Position numbers and translations under genes: made by a program. The notes beneath the pieces are model-generated. The model did not search any database. It was not told the DNA's origin and saw nothing but the letters and a program-made list of their open reading frames with translations. Of a DNA stretch of 64,000 nt, positions 15,883 to 25,156 are shown in pieces. How positions within the stretch are numbered: the first letter of the stretch is position 1; the number at the start of each line of letters is the position of its first letter. The stretch is taken from positions 44,392 to 108,391 of the forward strand of contig CAZFDK010000002.1 in the NCBI GenBank assembly GCA_964518305.1. Reading direction: 5' to 3'. The DNA is from an uncultured Gemmatimonadota bacterium. GTDB taxonomy: Bacteria; Gemmatimonadota; Gemmatimonadetes; Palauibacterales; Palauibacteraceae.

Positions 15883-18800
15883 TCAGGACGTGTCCGCCCG
15901 GCGCACTTCCCCCGCCAGGTGGTCGAGGACCGCCTCCACCACGCCGAACTCCTCCTCCAGGAGCCGAAAGAAGTCCTGCTGGCCGAGCACCAGGAGACGG
16001 GACGGCTCGACGCACACGGCGGTGTAGTGACGGGGCTTTTTGTCCAGGAGGCTGAGGCTCCCGATTGATTCACCCTCCTCGGCCACGAAGGCGAGGCGGT
16101 CCTCCTGGCGCGCCTCCACCGCTCCCGACGCCACCACGTACAGCTCGGCCGAGAGCTCGCCGGCCGCGAACACCTCCTGCCCCTCGGCGAAGCTTCGCTC
16201 CTCCATCAGGGCGGCCAGGCCCGCCAGGACCTCCGTCCGGAGGTCGGCGAAGAGCTCGGTCTGCCGCAGGATCTCGGCCCGCTCGGTGATCTCCACGAAC
16301 GTCTCCTCGTCAAGGTCAGCCAGGAATTCGGCGCGTCGGCCGCCGCCCGGGCCCAGCAGGGTGTCGCCGACGGCGGTGATCGCGCCCTCGCAGGCGCGCG
16401 CCGCGCTCGCCATCTCCCCGCGCCGCAGTCGGGCGAGCCCCCTCACCCAGGAATCCGTCGGGTGGGAGGCGAGCTCCTCCAGGGCCCCGTGGGCGGAGGG
16501 GCGCTCGATGCCGTACCGCTCGAGGGCGGCCCGCTCCCGGTCCGCCGGTCCCCTGTCCGGATCCACCAGGGGCGCCAGCCTCCGGCGCTGCTCGATCGGC
16601 AGCGCGTTCTCGAGCAGCTCCATGCCCCGCTGGCGGTCCAGCGCGTCGTCGGAGGTCAGCGCCGTGTACGCGACGTACAGGTCCTCCAGCGAGTGCCGCA
16701 GCCCCAGCACCCGCAGGGCCCGCTCCACGGCTTCCCGCTCCCGCTGGCGCAGCGTGCGATCCAGCAGGTCCTCGCCGTCCCCCGCCGATTCGGGCCCCGC
16801 CCCCGTGGAGACGTCCCGGAGCAGGGCCCACCGGAAACCGGAGCGGAGCTCGCGCCGGAGCTGGGGCGCGAGGTCGAGGTGCTCGAACTCCAGCTCCCCG
16901 CGGTCCCGGCGAATCTTGTCCAGGGTCCGCAGGATCTGGTACCGAACGCCGTGCGAGTCGACCGCGTCCAGGGCGTCCCACAGGCTCTCCACCGTGGACT
17001 GTTCGGCCTGCTCGTAGAGGACGCGGGCCAGCCTCTCCCTGGCCGCGGCGGACAGGTCCCCGTCGCCCAGGCGGGACGCCAGCTCGGAGTGGATCGCCGG
17101 ACAGAGGCTCCTCAGCCCTGTCCGGGCGGCGTCCCGCGTCTCGGGGTCCTCCAGCCCCCGGACCAGATCGGGCGCCAGCCCGCGGGCGTCCAGCGTTCCC
17201 GCCGCCCGCACGGACCGGCGGCGCACTCGGGCGTCCGGGTCCCGCACCAGGCTCTCCAGGACCTCCTCGCCGCCCGGCGGCAGGCGGCGCGCCTCCGACA
17301 GCAGCTCGGCCGCTTCCTCCCGGTCTGCCGGCCGCTCGGAACGGGCGAGACGCCGCACCCGGGCCATGCCCTCTTCCCGCTGCTCCTCGCGCCCGTACCG
17401 GAGGAGACAGCCCACCGCCGCCGTCCGCACCTCCCGGCGGTCGTCCTCCAGCAGGGCCTCCATTTCCCGGGCCGGGCCCCGCGGGCCGTGGTCGCATACG
17501 AAGTGGACGGCCTCCGTCCGGACTTCGTGGGAGGAGTCCCGGAGCAGGCGCCGGGCTTCCGGCAGGGCCTCCTCGGAGCCGATCTCGTAGAGCAGGGAGA
17601 GGGCTCGGGCGCGAACGCGTCCGGACGAGTGCCCCAGCAGGTCCCGGAGCTCCCCCTCCAGCTCCGCCGTGGGCGACTGCTCCAGCAGCGACAGCGCGTA
17701 CAGGACCTCGCGCTCGTCATCGCTCGCCAGCGCACCGCGCAGCTGCTCAAGCGTCGTCGCGTCGAGCTGCTCCACGATCAGCTCGTCCAGGTCCACGTCC
17801 CGGACCCCGATCAGCCGCTTCACCGAGTCCCGGAATTCGTCCCGCATCCGTACCGTGGCCGCGATCCACGCGACGAGCAGCAGGATCGAGAGCACCGCCA
17901 CCCCCCGGATCCCGAATCCGAGCCAGTTCGTGACGCCGAGCAGCAGGATCCCGGCCACCCCCGTTCCCCCGCGGTAGATCCCGAGATCGATGAGAGGCTT
18001 CGCCCGATACTTCACCTCCGACGGGACGGGCAGGAAGAGCAGCTCGCGCGTGGACTGGTCCAGCGAGTAGCGGAGCGCTCCGTCGGATCCCTTGGCCAGG
18101 GCGGCAGCCAGGAGTCCCGGTACCGCCAGCACTCCGCCGGTGGCGGCGAGCAGGGTCACCGGGAGAACGAGGAGCGCCACGCCGATCCCGAAGCTCCTGA
18201 GCACGAACGAGGTGAGGAACACCTGGATGGCAACGGACGCGACGTTCTGCACCGCGAAGAATCGTCCGAAGAACGCCGTCTTCGCGTCCTCGCCGGCCAC
18301 GTACATCTCCACGGCCCGGTTGAACTGCCAGTCGACGAGCGTGCTCACGACGATGGTCAGCCCGAGGATCAGGGCGACCGTCCTCAGGTGGGACGACTCC
18401 CGAACCAGGGTCAGTGCGTCGGCGGAGACGTCGTCCACGAGGCGAGCGTCCCCGCCCCCCCGGAGGCGGGGAAGAAGGAGGCTCACGATGAGCGCACAGG
18501 CCGAGAGGATCGCCGCAGCGACGAGGAGGAGAGCCTCGCTCCCCACCAGATCCGCCGCCAGGCCCGAGACGGCGCTCCCGGCCACGCCGCCGACCACGAG
18601 CCCGACGCCGATGGGTCCGAAGAGCCGCTTCGCCTGGCGGGTGGAGAAGAGCCTGTTGGCCACCAGCCAGAACTGGCTCATCAGGAAGAGCGGGTAGACC
18701 TTGCCGAACACGTAGAAGGCACCGGACGCCACGGTCCCCCCCACCCGGAGCCAGGCCCAGAACCCCACCAGCGACGCCCCCATGAGCCCGAAGGTGGTCA

Positions 18801-19071
18801 TCAGGAGCCGACCGGGCGCCGTGTCCTCCACGCGGCGCGAGTAGAGCATCACCGCGACGCTGACCACCACGGCCGTGAGGACGTAGACCCAGGGGAGATT
18901 CTCCGCGCCGACCCGGTCGATGAACACCGAGTTCCGGACCGGCTTGATGACGTAGTGGGAGCTGAGGGCCAGAAGGCCGTAGAGGAACATCAGCCCCGCC
19001 GGGACCAGCTCCTCCCGGCGCACGTCGGTGACGCTCCGCCACCACTCGGCCAGCGTGCCCCGAACGCTCAC
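15883..19071 (-). CDS. Fusion protein: Npt1/Npt2 (TLC ATP/ADP-translocase-like) MFS domain, HEAT repeats and a C-terminal cyclic-nucleotide-binding domain
   Basis: The N-terminal ~430 aa are polytopic (REELVPAGLMFLYGLLALSSHYVIKPVRNSVF). The middle has repeated ..D.VR..A...L.. HEAT units. The C-terminus is FAEGQEVFAAGELSAELYVVASGAVEA..GESIGSLSLLD (CAP-type cNMP fold). Confidence 0.65.
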   Translation of the reverse strand: MSVRGTLAEWWRSVTDVRREELVPAGLMFLYGLLALSSHYVIKPVRNSVFIDRVGAENLPWVYVLTAVVVSVAVMLYSRRVEDTAPGRLLMTTFGLMGASLVGFWAWLRVGGTVASGAFYVFGKVYPLFLMSQFWLVANRLFSTRQAKRLFGPIGVGLVVGGVAGSAVSGLAADLVGSEALLLVAAAILSACALIVSLLLPRLRGGGDARLVDDVSADALTLVRESSHLRTVALILGLTIVVSTLVDWQFNRAVEMYVAGEDAKTAFFGRFFAVQNVASVAIQVFLTSFVLRSFGIGVALLVLPVTLLAATGGVLAVPGLLAAALAKGSDGALRYSLDQSTRELLFLPVPSEVKYRAKPLIDLGIYRGGTGVAGILLLGVTNWLGFGIRGVAVLSILLLVAWIAATVRMRDEFRDSVKRLIGVRDVDLDELIVEQLDATTLEQLRGALASDDEREVLYALSLLEQSPTAELEGELRDLLGHSSGRVRARALSLLYEIGSEEALPEARRLLRDSSHEVRTEAVHFVCDHGPRGPAREMEALLEDDRREVRTAAVGCLLRYGREEQREEGMARVRRLARSERPADREEAAELLSEARRLPPGGEEVLESLVRDPDARVRRRSVRAAGTLDARGLAPDLVRGLEDPETRDAARTGLRSLCPAIHSELASRLGDGDLSAAARERLARVLYEQAEQSTVESLWDALDAVDSHGVRYQILRTLDKIRRDRGELEFEHLDLAPQLRRELRSGFRWALLRDVSTGAGPESAGDGEDLLDRTLRQREREAVERALRVLGLRHSLEDLYVAYTALTSDDALDRQRGMELLENALPIEQRRRLAPLVDPDRGPADRERAALERYGIERPSAHGALEELASHPTDSWVRGLARLRRGEMASAARACEGAITAVGDTLLGPGGGRRAEFLADLDEETFVEITERAEILRQTELFADLRTEVLAGLAALMEERSFAEGQEVFAAGELSAELYVVASGAVEARQEDRLAFVAEEGESIGSLSLLDKKPRHYTAVCVEPSRLLVLGQQDFFRLLEEEFGVVEAVLDHLAGEVRRADTS

Positions 19072-19131
19072 GGCTCGCTGCGCGCTCTCGTCACCGGCGC
19101 CTCGGAGACACCCTCGCCCGCCCGGACCGGC

Positions 19132-19980
19132 TCATCCGGACAGGCTGAGCGCCAGGACCAGAGCGCCCACAGCGGCGAACACTCCTCCGAGCACCTTCTC
19201 CATGAGATCCGCCGGAAGCCACTTGCCCACGCGGCTTCCGAGGGTGCTCCCGACGAGGACCCCGGGCACGCTCCATCCGACGACCCTCCAGGCGGGAGAG
19301 GCCGCCGTCGCGTGGATGCCGGCCGCTGCGACGGCGGTGATGGCCAGGACGAACACGCTCGTGGCCACGGCCACACGGGGCGGAACGCGACAGCGCACCA
19401 CCAGCTGGGTGGTCGAGATCTCCGGGAGCCCGGCGCTCACGAGACCCGTGAACGCTCCTCCGATCGCCGCCAGCAGGACCCCCGGGGGACGCCAGCACGT
19501 CGGGTACTCGAAGTGCTCGCCGTCCGCCGACTCGATCACCGTGGTCCCCTTGCCCCGCGACCTCTCGTCGATCACCTCACTGGCCTCCTCGCCGGGCTCG
19601 CACGCCTCCGGATTCTTCACGAAGAGCAGGAACCCCGCCAGCACCACGAGCGCGCCCCCGAAGACGCGCTTCATCACCACGTCCGGCACCTGGTGCGCCA
19701 CCAGGGCCCCCGCGACCGCGAACGGAACCGCGCCCAGCAGCAGCCACCGGGCCGTCGCGTAGTCCACCAGGTTCTGGGCCACGTAGGATCGGAGCCCGTT
19801 CCCCATCCCGAAGGCCTCCGTCAGGAGGCCCGCGCCCACGGCCTGCGCCGGGGTCAGGCCCAGCGCCAGCATGAAGAAGGGGCTGAAGAAGAGGGCCCCG
19901 GACACGCCGGAGCCCACCGCCACGGTGGCGAACGCGATCGAGGTGGGGAAGACCCACCAGAGGCTCAGGAGCTCCGACAT
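19132..19980 (-). CDS. TauE/SafE-family anion exporter
   Basis: Polytopic protein with GSGVSGALFFSPFFMLALGL..GGAFTGLVSAGLPEISTTQL. The ATG at 19980 overlaps the pgl stop. Confidence 0.65.
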   Translation of the reverse strand: MSELLSLWWVFPTSIAFATVAVGSGVSGALFFSPFFMLALGLTPAQAVGAGLLTEAFGMGNGLRSYVAQNLVDYATARWLLLGAVPFAVAGALVAHQVPDVVMKRVFGGALVVLAGFLLFVKNPEACEPGEEASEVIDERSRGKGTTVIESADGEHFEYPTCWRPPGVLLAAIGGAFTGLVSAGLPEISTTQLVVRCRVPPRVAVATSVFVLAITAVAAAGIHATAASPAWRVVGWSVPGVLVGSTLGSRVGKWLPADLMEKVLGGVFAAVGALVLALSLSG

Positions 19981-20738
19981 CACCCGCTCCCGTCCTCCCG
20001 GACCTCGCGGGCCCGGTCGGCCGCAGGCCCGTCCAGCATCCACGTGCCGCCGCGCGCCAGGCGCGACGGGCAGTCCCGAACCGGGTCCGGCTCGGCGAGC
20101 GCCCGTGCCACCGGCTCCGCCTTCTCGCGCCCGGTGGCCAGCACCACGATCCTGCGGGCGGCCCCGACCACGGGGGGCGTCACGGTGAGCCGCTGCACGG
20201 GCGGCTCGGGCGCCTCCACGGGGACCACCCGCCGGTCGCGCTCGGCCAGGGCCGGCGACCCGGGGAACAGGGAGGCGGTGTGGCCGTCCTCGCCGATCCC
20301 CAGGAGGAGGAGATCGAGCTCTCCGGGCAGCACGCCGGCGTACTCCTCGGCGGCCCTCCACCGGTCGGGCCGCTCGGCCTCCATGCGGTGCACCCGCGCC
20401 GCCGGGACGTCGACATGCTCCAGGAGCGTCTTCCGCGCCATCCGGTAGTTGCTCTCCGGGTGATCGGGAGGCACGCCGCGCTCGTCACCGAAGTAGACGT
20501 GCACCGACGACCAGTCGAGCGAGCCCCTCGCGCGAAGCTCACGGTAGGCGGGCCCGGGCGTGGAGCCGCCGGCCAGGGCCAGGGCGCACCTCCCCGCGCG
20601 ATCGACGGCCCGTCGCATCTCGCCGGCGATCAGGCTCGCCGCCGTCTCGGCCCACCTTTCCGGGGACCCGACCAGCACCTCGCCTCGCTCCCGGAGCGTG
20701 CCCCCGTCGCCGGCCGCCGCCATCAGATCGCCTTCCAC
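19980..20738 (-). CDS. pgl: 6-phosphogluconolactonase
   Basis: LALAGGSTPGPAYREL..VYFGDERGVPPDHPESNY..LLLGIGEDGHTASLFPG. An alternative ATG at 20723 abuts the zwf stop. Confidence 0.85.
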   Translation of the reverse strand: MEGDLMAAAGDGGTLRERGEVLVGSPERWAETAASLIAGEMRRAVDRAGRCALALAGGSTPGPAYRELRARGSLDWSSVHVYFGDERGVPPDHPESNYRMARKTLLEHVDVPAARVHRMEAERPDRWRAAEEYAGVLPGELDLLLLGIGEDGHTASLFPGSPALAERDRRVVPVEAPEPPVQRLTVTPPVVGAARRIVVLATGREKAEPVARALAEPDPVRDCPSRLARGGTWMLDGPAADRAREVREDGSG

Positions 20739-22315
20739 GACCGCCCGTCCCGCTCCAGCAGGGCCTCCGCTCCGTCCGGTCCCCAGCTGCCGGCGCGATA
20801 GTTCGGAAGATCAGCGTGAGGGGACGACTCCCAGCTGTCCACCAGCGGATCCACGATGGACCACGCGTGCTCCACCCAGTCCCTGCGGGCGAAGAGCGTC
20901 TGGTCGCCCTGCATGGCGTCCATGAGCAGCCAGGCGTAGGCGGACGGAGGCTCCTCGATGCCGAAGGCCCGGGCGTACTCGAACTCCATCCGCACGGGCT
21001 CCAGGGCCACCCTGGGGCCGGGGCGCTTGGCGGCGAACCGCTGGACGATGCCCTCCTCCGGCTGCAGCCGGAAGGCGAGCACGTTCCGCTCGACGTCGTC
21101 CTGTCCCGGAAACATGCTGTGGGGGGTGGGCCGGAAGTGGACCGCGACCTCGGTGAGCTTCCGAGGGAGTCGCTTCCCGGTGCGCAGGTAGAAGGGCACG
21201 CCGGACCACCGCCAGTTGTCCACGCGCAGCTCCAGGGCGGCGAAGGTCGGCGTCGTGGACTCCGGCTCCACGCCCTCCTCGCCCCGGTACCCCGGCACCT
21301 CCGTCCCGTCGATCCGGCCGGGGCCGTACTGACCCGCCACGAAGTCCCGCTCGGGTTCGACCGGCTCGACGGCCTGCAGCACCTTCGCCGTCTCGTCCCG
21401 GAGCGAGCTGCCGAGGCAGCGCACAGGGGGCTCGATGGCCGTGATGCAGAGCAGCTGCAGGAGATGGTTCTGGACCATGTCCCGGACCACGCCCGTCTCC
21501 TCGTAGAAGCCCGCGCGGTCCCCGATCCCGACGTCCTCGGCCGCCGTGATCTGGACGTGGTCGATGTAGTTCCGGTTCCAGATCGGCTCGTACCCGGGGT
21601 TGGCGAACCGGAAGACGAGCATGTTCTGGACGGTCTCCTTGCCGAGATAGTGGTCGATCCGGTAGATCTCGTCCTCCGCGAAGACGTCCTGCAGCTCCCG
21701 GTTCAGCCGGACGGCGGACGCCCGGTCCCGCCCGAAGGGCTTCTCGATCACCAGCCGGCGCCAGCCCTCCTCGCTCTGTGTCAGGCCCGCCCGCTCCAGC
21801 CGACCGGGAATCTCCGTGAAGAAGCTCGGAGGGACGGCCAGGTGGAAGAGGACGTTGTCCGGGATCCCGTGTCTCTCCCGGAGCCGCTCCACCTCCCGCG
21901 CCAGGTCCGCGTAGTCGCCCCCCGGCGGAGAGCGGACGTCGGCCGGGCAGTAATGGAGCCGCCGGGCGAACGACTCCCACCGGGAGCCGTCGACCTCGGA
22001 GCGGCCGAGCACGGCCTCGCGCATCCGGTCGCGAAACGTCGCGTCGTCCCACTCCGTCCGCGCCGTCCCCAGCACCGCGAACCGCCCGGGCAGGAGCTCC
22101 TGGCAGTGCAGCTCGTACAGGGAGGGGACGAGGTCCTTCGCGGTCAGGTCGCCGGAGGCGCCGAAGATCACCATCACGCAGGGGTCGGCCGCCTCCCCGG
22201 GCTCGAGGCCCGCCTCCCGGCAGCGGACTCCCACCCGCACGGCTTCCTCCCCGGTCCCGTCACGCGCATCCTCCGGGGACCGCCTGTCCTCGTCCAAATC
22301 GCCCGCCCCGCTCAC
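20723..22315 (-). CDS. zwf: Glucose-6-phosphate dehydrogenase
   Basis: VIFGASGDLTAKDL, EKPFGRD, RIDHYLGKE and NHLLQLL motifs. The GTG at 22315 overlaps the gnd stop (GTGA). Confidence 0.85.
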   Translation of the reverse strand: MSGAGDLDEDRRSPEDARDGTGEEAVRVGVRCREAGLEPGEAADPCVMVIFGASGDLTAKDLVPSLYELHCQELLPGRFAVLGTARTEWDDATFRDRMREAVLGRSEVDGSRWESFARRLHYCPADVRSPPGGDYADLAREVERLRERHGIPDNVLFHLAVPPSFFTEIPGRLERAGLTQSEEGWRRLVIEKPFGRDRASAVRLNRELQDVFAEDEIYRIDHYLGKETVQNMLVFRFANPGYEPIWNRNYIDHVQITAAEDVGIGDRAGFYEETGVVRDMVQNHLLQLLCITAIEPPVRCLGSSLRDETAKVLQAVEPVEPERDFVAGQYGPGRIDGTEVPGYRGEEGVEPESTTPTFAALELRVDNWRWSGVPFYLRTGKRLPRKLTEVAVHFRPTPHSMFPGQDDVERNVLAFRLQPEEGIVQRFAAKRPGPRVALEPVRMEFEYARAFGIEEPPSAYAWLLMDAMQGDQTLFARRDWVEHAWSIVDPLVDSWESSPHADLPNYRAGSWGPDGAEALLERDGRSWKAI

Positions 22316-23226
22316 GACCCGTCCTCCTCCTCTTCTCTGACCCCGTGGCCCCCGAACTGGTCGCGGAGGGCCGCGATCACCTTGGCCGAGAAGCGCTCCT
22401 CCATCCGGGAGTCGAAGCGCTCGTAGAGCGAGTTCGTCAGGCTGCCCACCGGGATGGCGTTCTCCACGGCGTACTGGACCGTCCAGCGGCCCATGCCGGA
22501 GTCGTCCACGTAGCCCGCGATGCGCTCGAGCTCGTTGCCCTCTTCGTCGAAGGCGTCGGACAGGAGCTCCAGGAGCCACGACCGGACCACGGCCCCGTGC
22601 TGCCACAGCTCAGCCACCTGCTGCAGGTCGACGTCGAACTCGGAGCGCTCCAGGCACTCGAAGCCCTCCCCCAGGGCCTGCAGCATGCCGTACTCGATGC
22701 CGTTGTGGATCATCTTCACGAAGTGGCCCGCGCCGTTCTCCCCCACATGCGCGTACCCGCCCTCGGGCGCCAGACTGCGGAACGCCGGCTCGAGGTCGCG
22801 AAACGCCTCCTCCGGGCCGCCGATCATCATGCAGTAGCCCTCCTCCAGCCCCCATACCCCGCCGCTCACCCCGGCGTCCAGGAACCGTATGTCCTCCTGC
22901 TCGCAGCGACCCGCCGCGGCCATCGAGTCGGTGAACCGGGAGTTGCCGCCGTCGACGATAGTGTCGCCGGGATCCATGAGCCCGATGAGCTCGTCGATGG
23001 TCTCGTCGGTGGGCTCCCCGTGGGGCACCATCACCCACACGGACCGCGGGGGCTCCAGCCGGCCGATCAGGTCGGGGACCGAATCGGCGGCGGCGCCCCC
23101 CGCCTCCTCCGCGTCGCGTCGCCGGTCCGCGTCCAGGTCGAATCCGACGACCTGGTGGCCGTCGCGCACGAGCCGCCGGAGCATGTTGCCGCCCATCTTC
23201 CCCAGGCCGACGATTCCGATCTCCAT
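22312..23226 (-). CDS. gnd: 6-phosphogluconate dehydrogenase, decarboxylating (short form)
   Basis: MEIGIVGLGKMGGNM..DGGNS..GAGHFVKMIHNGIEYG. ATG at 23226 preceded by AAAGGGAGGAT. Confidence 0.85.
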   Translation of the reverse strand: MEIGIVGLGKMGGNMLRRLVRDGHQVVGFDLDADRRRDAEEAGGAAADSVPDLIGRLEPPRSVWVMVPHGEPTDETIDELIGLMDPGDTIVDGGNSRFTDSMAAAGRCEQEDIRFLDAGVSGGVWGLEEGYCMMIGGPEEAFRDLEPAFRSLAPEGGYAHVGENGAGHFVKMIHNGIEYGMLQALGEGFECLERSEFDVDLQQVAELWQHGAVVRSWLLELLSDAFDEEGNELERIAGYVDDSGMGRWTVQYAVENAIPVGSLTNSLYERFDSRMEERFSAKVIAALRDQFGGHGVREEEEDGS

Positions 23227-23243
23227 GAGGATCCTCCCTTTCC

Positions 23244-23284
23244 GTGTGTATATTCGGTGTGTGTATTCGGTTGTGTGTATTCGG
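23244..23284. repeat. Three tandem copies of a ~13-14 nt unit, (T)TGTGTGTAT(AT)TCGG
   Basis: GTGTGTATATTCGG / TGTGTGTATTCGG / TTGTGTGTATTCGG, read directly, immediately upstream of the gnd RBS. Confidence 0.85.
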
Positions 23285-23596
23285 CCCGAACTGCTCCCGC
23301 CCGATCCGAGCCGGAGGACTTCACAGCCGTCGCGACGCCACCGCCCGACGCGCGTCTCACCAATCGACGGCGCCCGGCTCGGGTTCCGGCAGCGAGCCAC
23401 GCCCGGGCCTCCGCGCCTTCGGCTTCGGGCTCGTTCCCCGTCCCGGAACGCCTGCCCGCCTCCTGCCATTGTGGAAGCGAGCCCGGAGGAAATCGAACAG
23501 AAGCCCGCACTCGACAAAGGGAGACACGAACTTGATCGACACGGTCGTGGAGGCCTTCAGTGACGACGTCGTGCGTGCGCTCGGGGGAGAATCCTG

Positions 23597-24094
23597 ATGG
23601 CCAATCGCGGAACGGCAGGCCCCGACGAGGATCGACGGGGCGGGAACCGGGAGTTGGTCCGGGACGTCTGGGCACTGAACCAGCTCATCGAGGTCCCGGA
23701 CGACCGGGAGGAGTGTCTACGCCTCGCCCTGACCGGCTTCCCCTCCCTGGTCGACTGCTCCTGCTGCGGCCTGGCCCACAGGAGCGGGGAGGGATGGAGC
23801 TTCTCGGCCTACGCCGGCGGTCAGTCGGTCCCGGTGTCCCGGATCGATCAGCTCCACGGGGACCTCCTGCCGGTCCTCGCCCGCGCCACCGAGGAGGCCC
23901 GCTGCGTCCGTGAGGCCGGTACGGGAGCGTCCGGGCGGGCGATCCTGGCCGCTCCCCTCCGAACGATTCGGAGCCGCCACGGCTTCCTCTTCGTCGTCCG
24001 GCGCCAGGGCGAGCCCGGCTTCAGCCGGGAGGAGGAATACCACTTCACCCAGTTCGCGGAGAGAATAGCGGTCCGGCTCGACCGCATGACCTGA
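23597..24094 (+). CDS. Small GAF-domain-like protein
   Basis: 165 aa with ..ILAAPLRTIRSRHGFLFVVRRQGEPGFSREEEYHFTQFAERIAV.., a GAF C-terminal pattern. Confidence 0.4.
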   Translation: MANRGTAGPDEDRRGGNRELVRDVWALNQLIEVPDDREECLRLALTGFPSLVDCSCCGLAHRSGEGWSFSAYAGGQSVPVSRIDQLHGDLLPVLARATEEARCVREAGTGASGRAILAAPLRTIRSRHGFLFVVRRQGEPGFSREEEYHFTQFAERIAVRLDRMT

Positions 24095-24222
24095 GGGCGC
24101 TCGAAGGCGCACCTGCTCCTTCCGAGCGGCGGGAACAGTGCTGTCGTGCAGTCGGTTGGAGCCTCCCGAACGAAAGTCCACCGTCAGCGACGACCGCCTG
24201 AGAGCCGTCACCAGGAGGAATC

Positions 24223-25107
24223 ATGGCTTCCGACGACCTCTCCCGACCGGATTCCGGGGACTTTCCGGACACGGACGATCTGCCGCATTACGAGCTGGCC
24301 TACCGGGACGACGAGTTCCTGGCCCGGAAGGAGCTGGAGCCGGTCCGTCTCCAACTCGAGCTGCTCAAGCCGGAGCTGGTCATGCAGGAGCACGACGTCT
24401 CGTCGACCATCGTGGTCTTCGGGAGTTCCCGTGTCCCCGCTCCGGAGGAGGTCGAGGAGCACCTGGAGCAAGCGGAGCGCCGCGTCGAGGAGAACCCCGA
24501 CTCGGAGGAGGCGCGGGCGGAGCTGGAGCGTGCCCGTCGTCGGTGCCAGCGGAGCGATTACTACGAGGAGGCGCGACGCTTCGGCCGAATCGTCTCCGAC
24601 TACTGCCAGGTCTGCAGCCCGTACGAGCTCGTGATCACCACCGGCGGAGGGCCCGGCATCATGGAGGCCGCCAACAGGGGCGCCAGCGAGGTCGGTGCGA
24701 AGACCATCGGGCTGAACATCGAAATCGAGGGCGAGCAGGTACCGAACCCTTACGTGAGCCCGGAGCTGAATTTCATCTTCCAGTACTTCGCCCTGAGGAA
24801 GATGCACCTGCTCGAGCGCGCGAAGGCGCTGGCCATCTTCCCCGGCGGATTCGGAACGCTGGACGAGCTGTTCGAGACGCTCACGCTGATCCAGACCGGC
24901 GTCATGGACCCGATTCCGGTGGTGCTGGTCGGGCCCGACTACTGGAGCAGGGTCGTGAACCTCGACGCGCTGGTGGAGGAGGGGATGATCGACCCCGCCG
25001 ACCGCGAGCTCGTCACCGTCGCGGAGGACGCTGAGGAGGCGTGGGACGTGATTCTGGACCGGTACCCGGAGATACGAGGCATGCACCGGGCCGCCGTCTC
25101 CGAGTAG
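24223..25107 (+). CDS. LOG-family / TIGR00730 Rossmann-fold nucleotide-binding protein
   Basis: TTGGGPGIMEAANRGA and FPGGFGTLDELFE motifs. AGGAGG precedes the ATG. Confidence 0.75.
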   Translation: MASDDLSRPDSGDFPDTDDLPHYELAYRDDEFLARKELEPVRLQLELLKPELVMQEHDVSSTIVVFGSSRVPAPEEVEEHLEQAERRVEENPDSEEARAELERARRRCQRSDYYEEARRFGRIVSDYCQVCSPYELVITTGGGPGIMEAANRGASEVGAKTIGLNIEIEGEQVPNPYVSPELNFIFQYFALRKMHLLERAKALAIFPGGFGTLDELFETLTLIQTGVMDPIPVVLVGPDYWSRVVNLDALVEEGMIDPADRELVTVAEDAEEAWDVILDRYPEIRGMHRAAVSE

Positions 25108-25156
25108 AAAGCGAGCACGAAGCGAGCAGACACCGAGAGGACGCGGGCGTCCGGAG

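Noticed and set aside
16300-17700. Apparent periodicity in the DNA of the HEAT-repeat region
   Set aside because: The periodicity reflects protein-level HEAT repeats (divergent ~30-aa units), not a DNA tandem repeat. No extended nucleotide identity exists between the units.
16462-20448. 1328-aa plus-strand ORF, the longest in the track
   Set aside because: Its translation is Arg/Gly/Pro/His-rich low-complexity sequence with no motifs. It lies antisense to the well-supported Npt-HEAT-cNMP, TauE and pgl genes. This is a typical shadow ORF of ~70% GC DNA.
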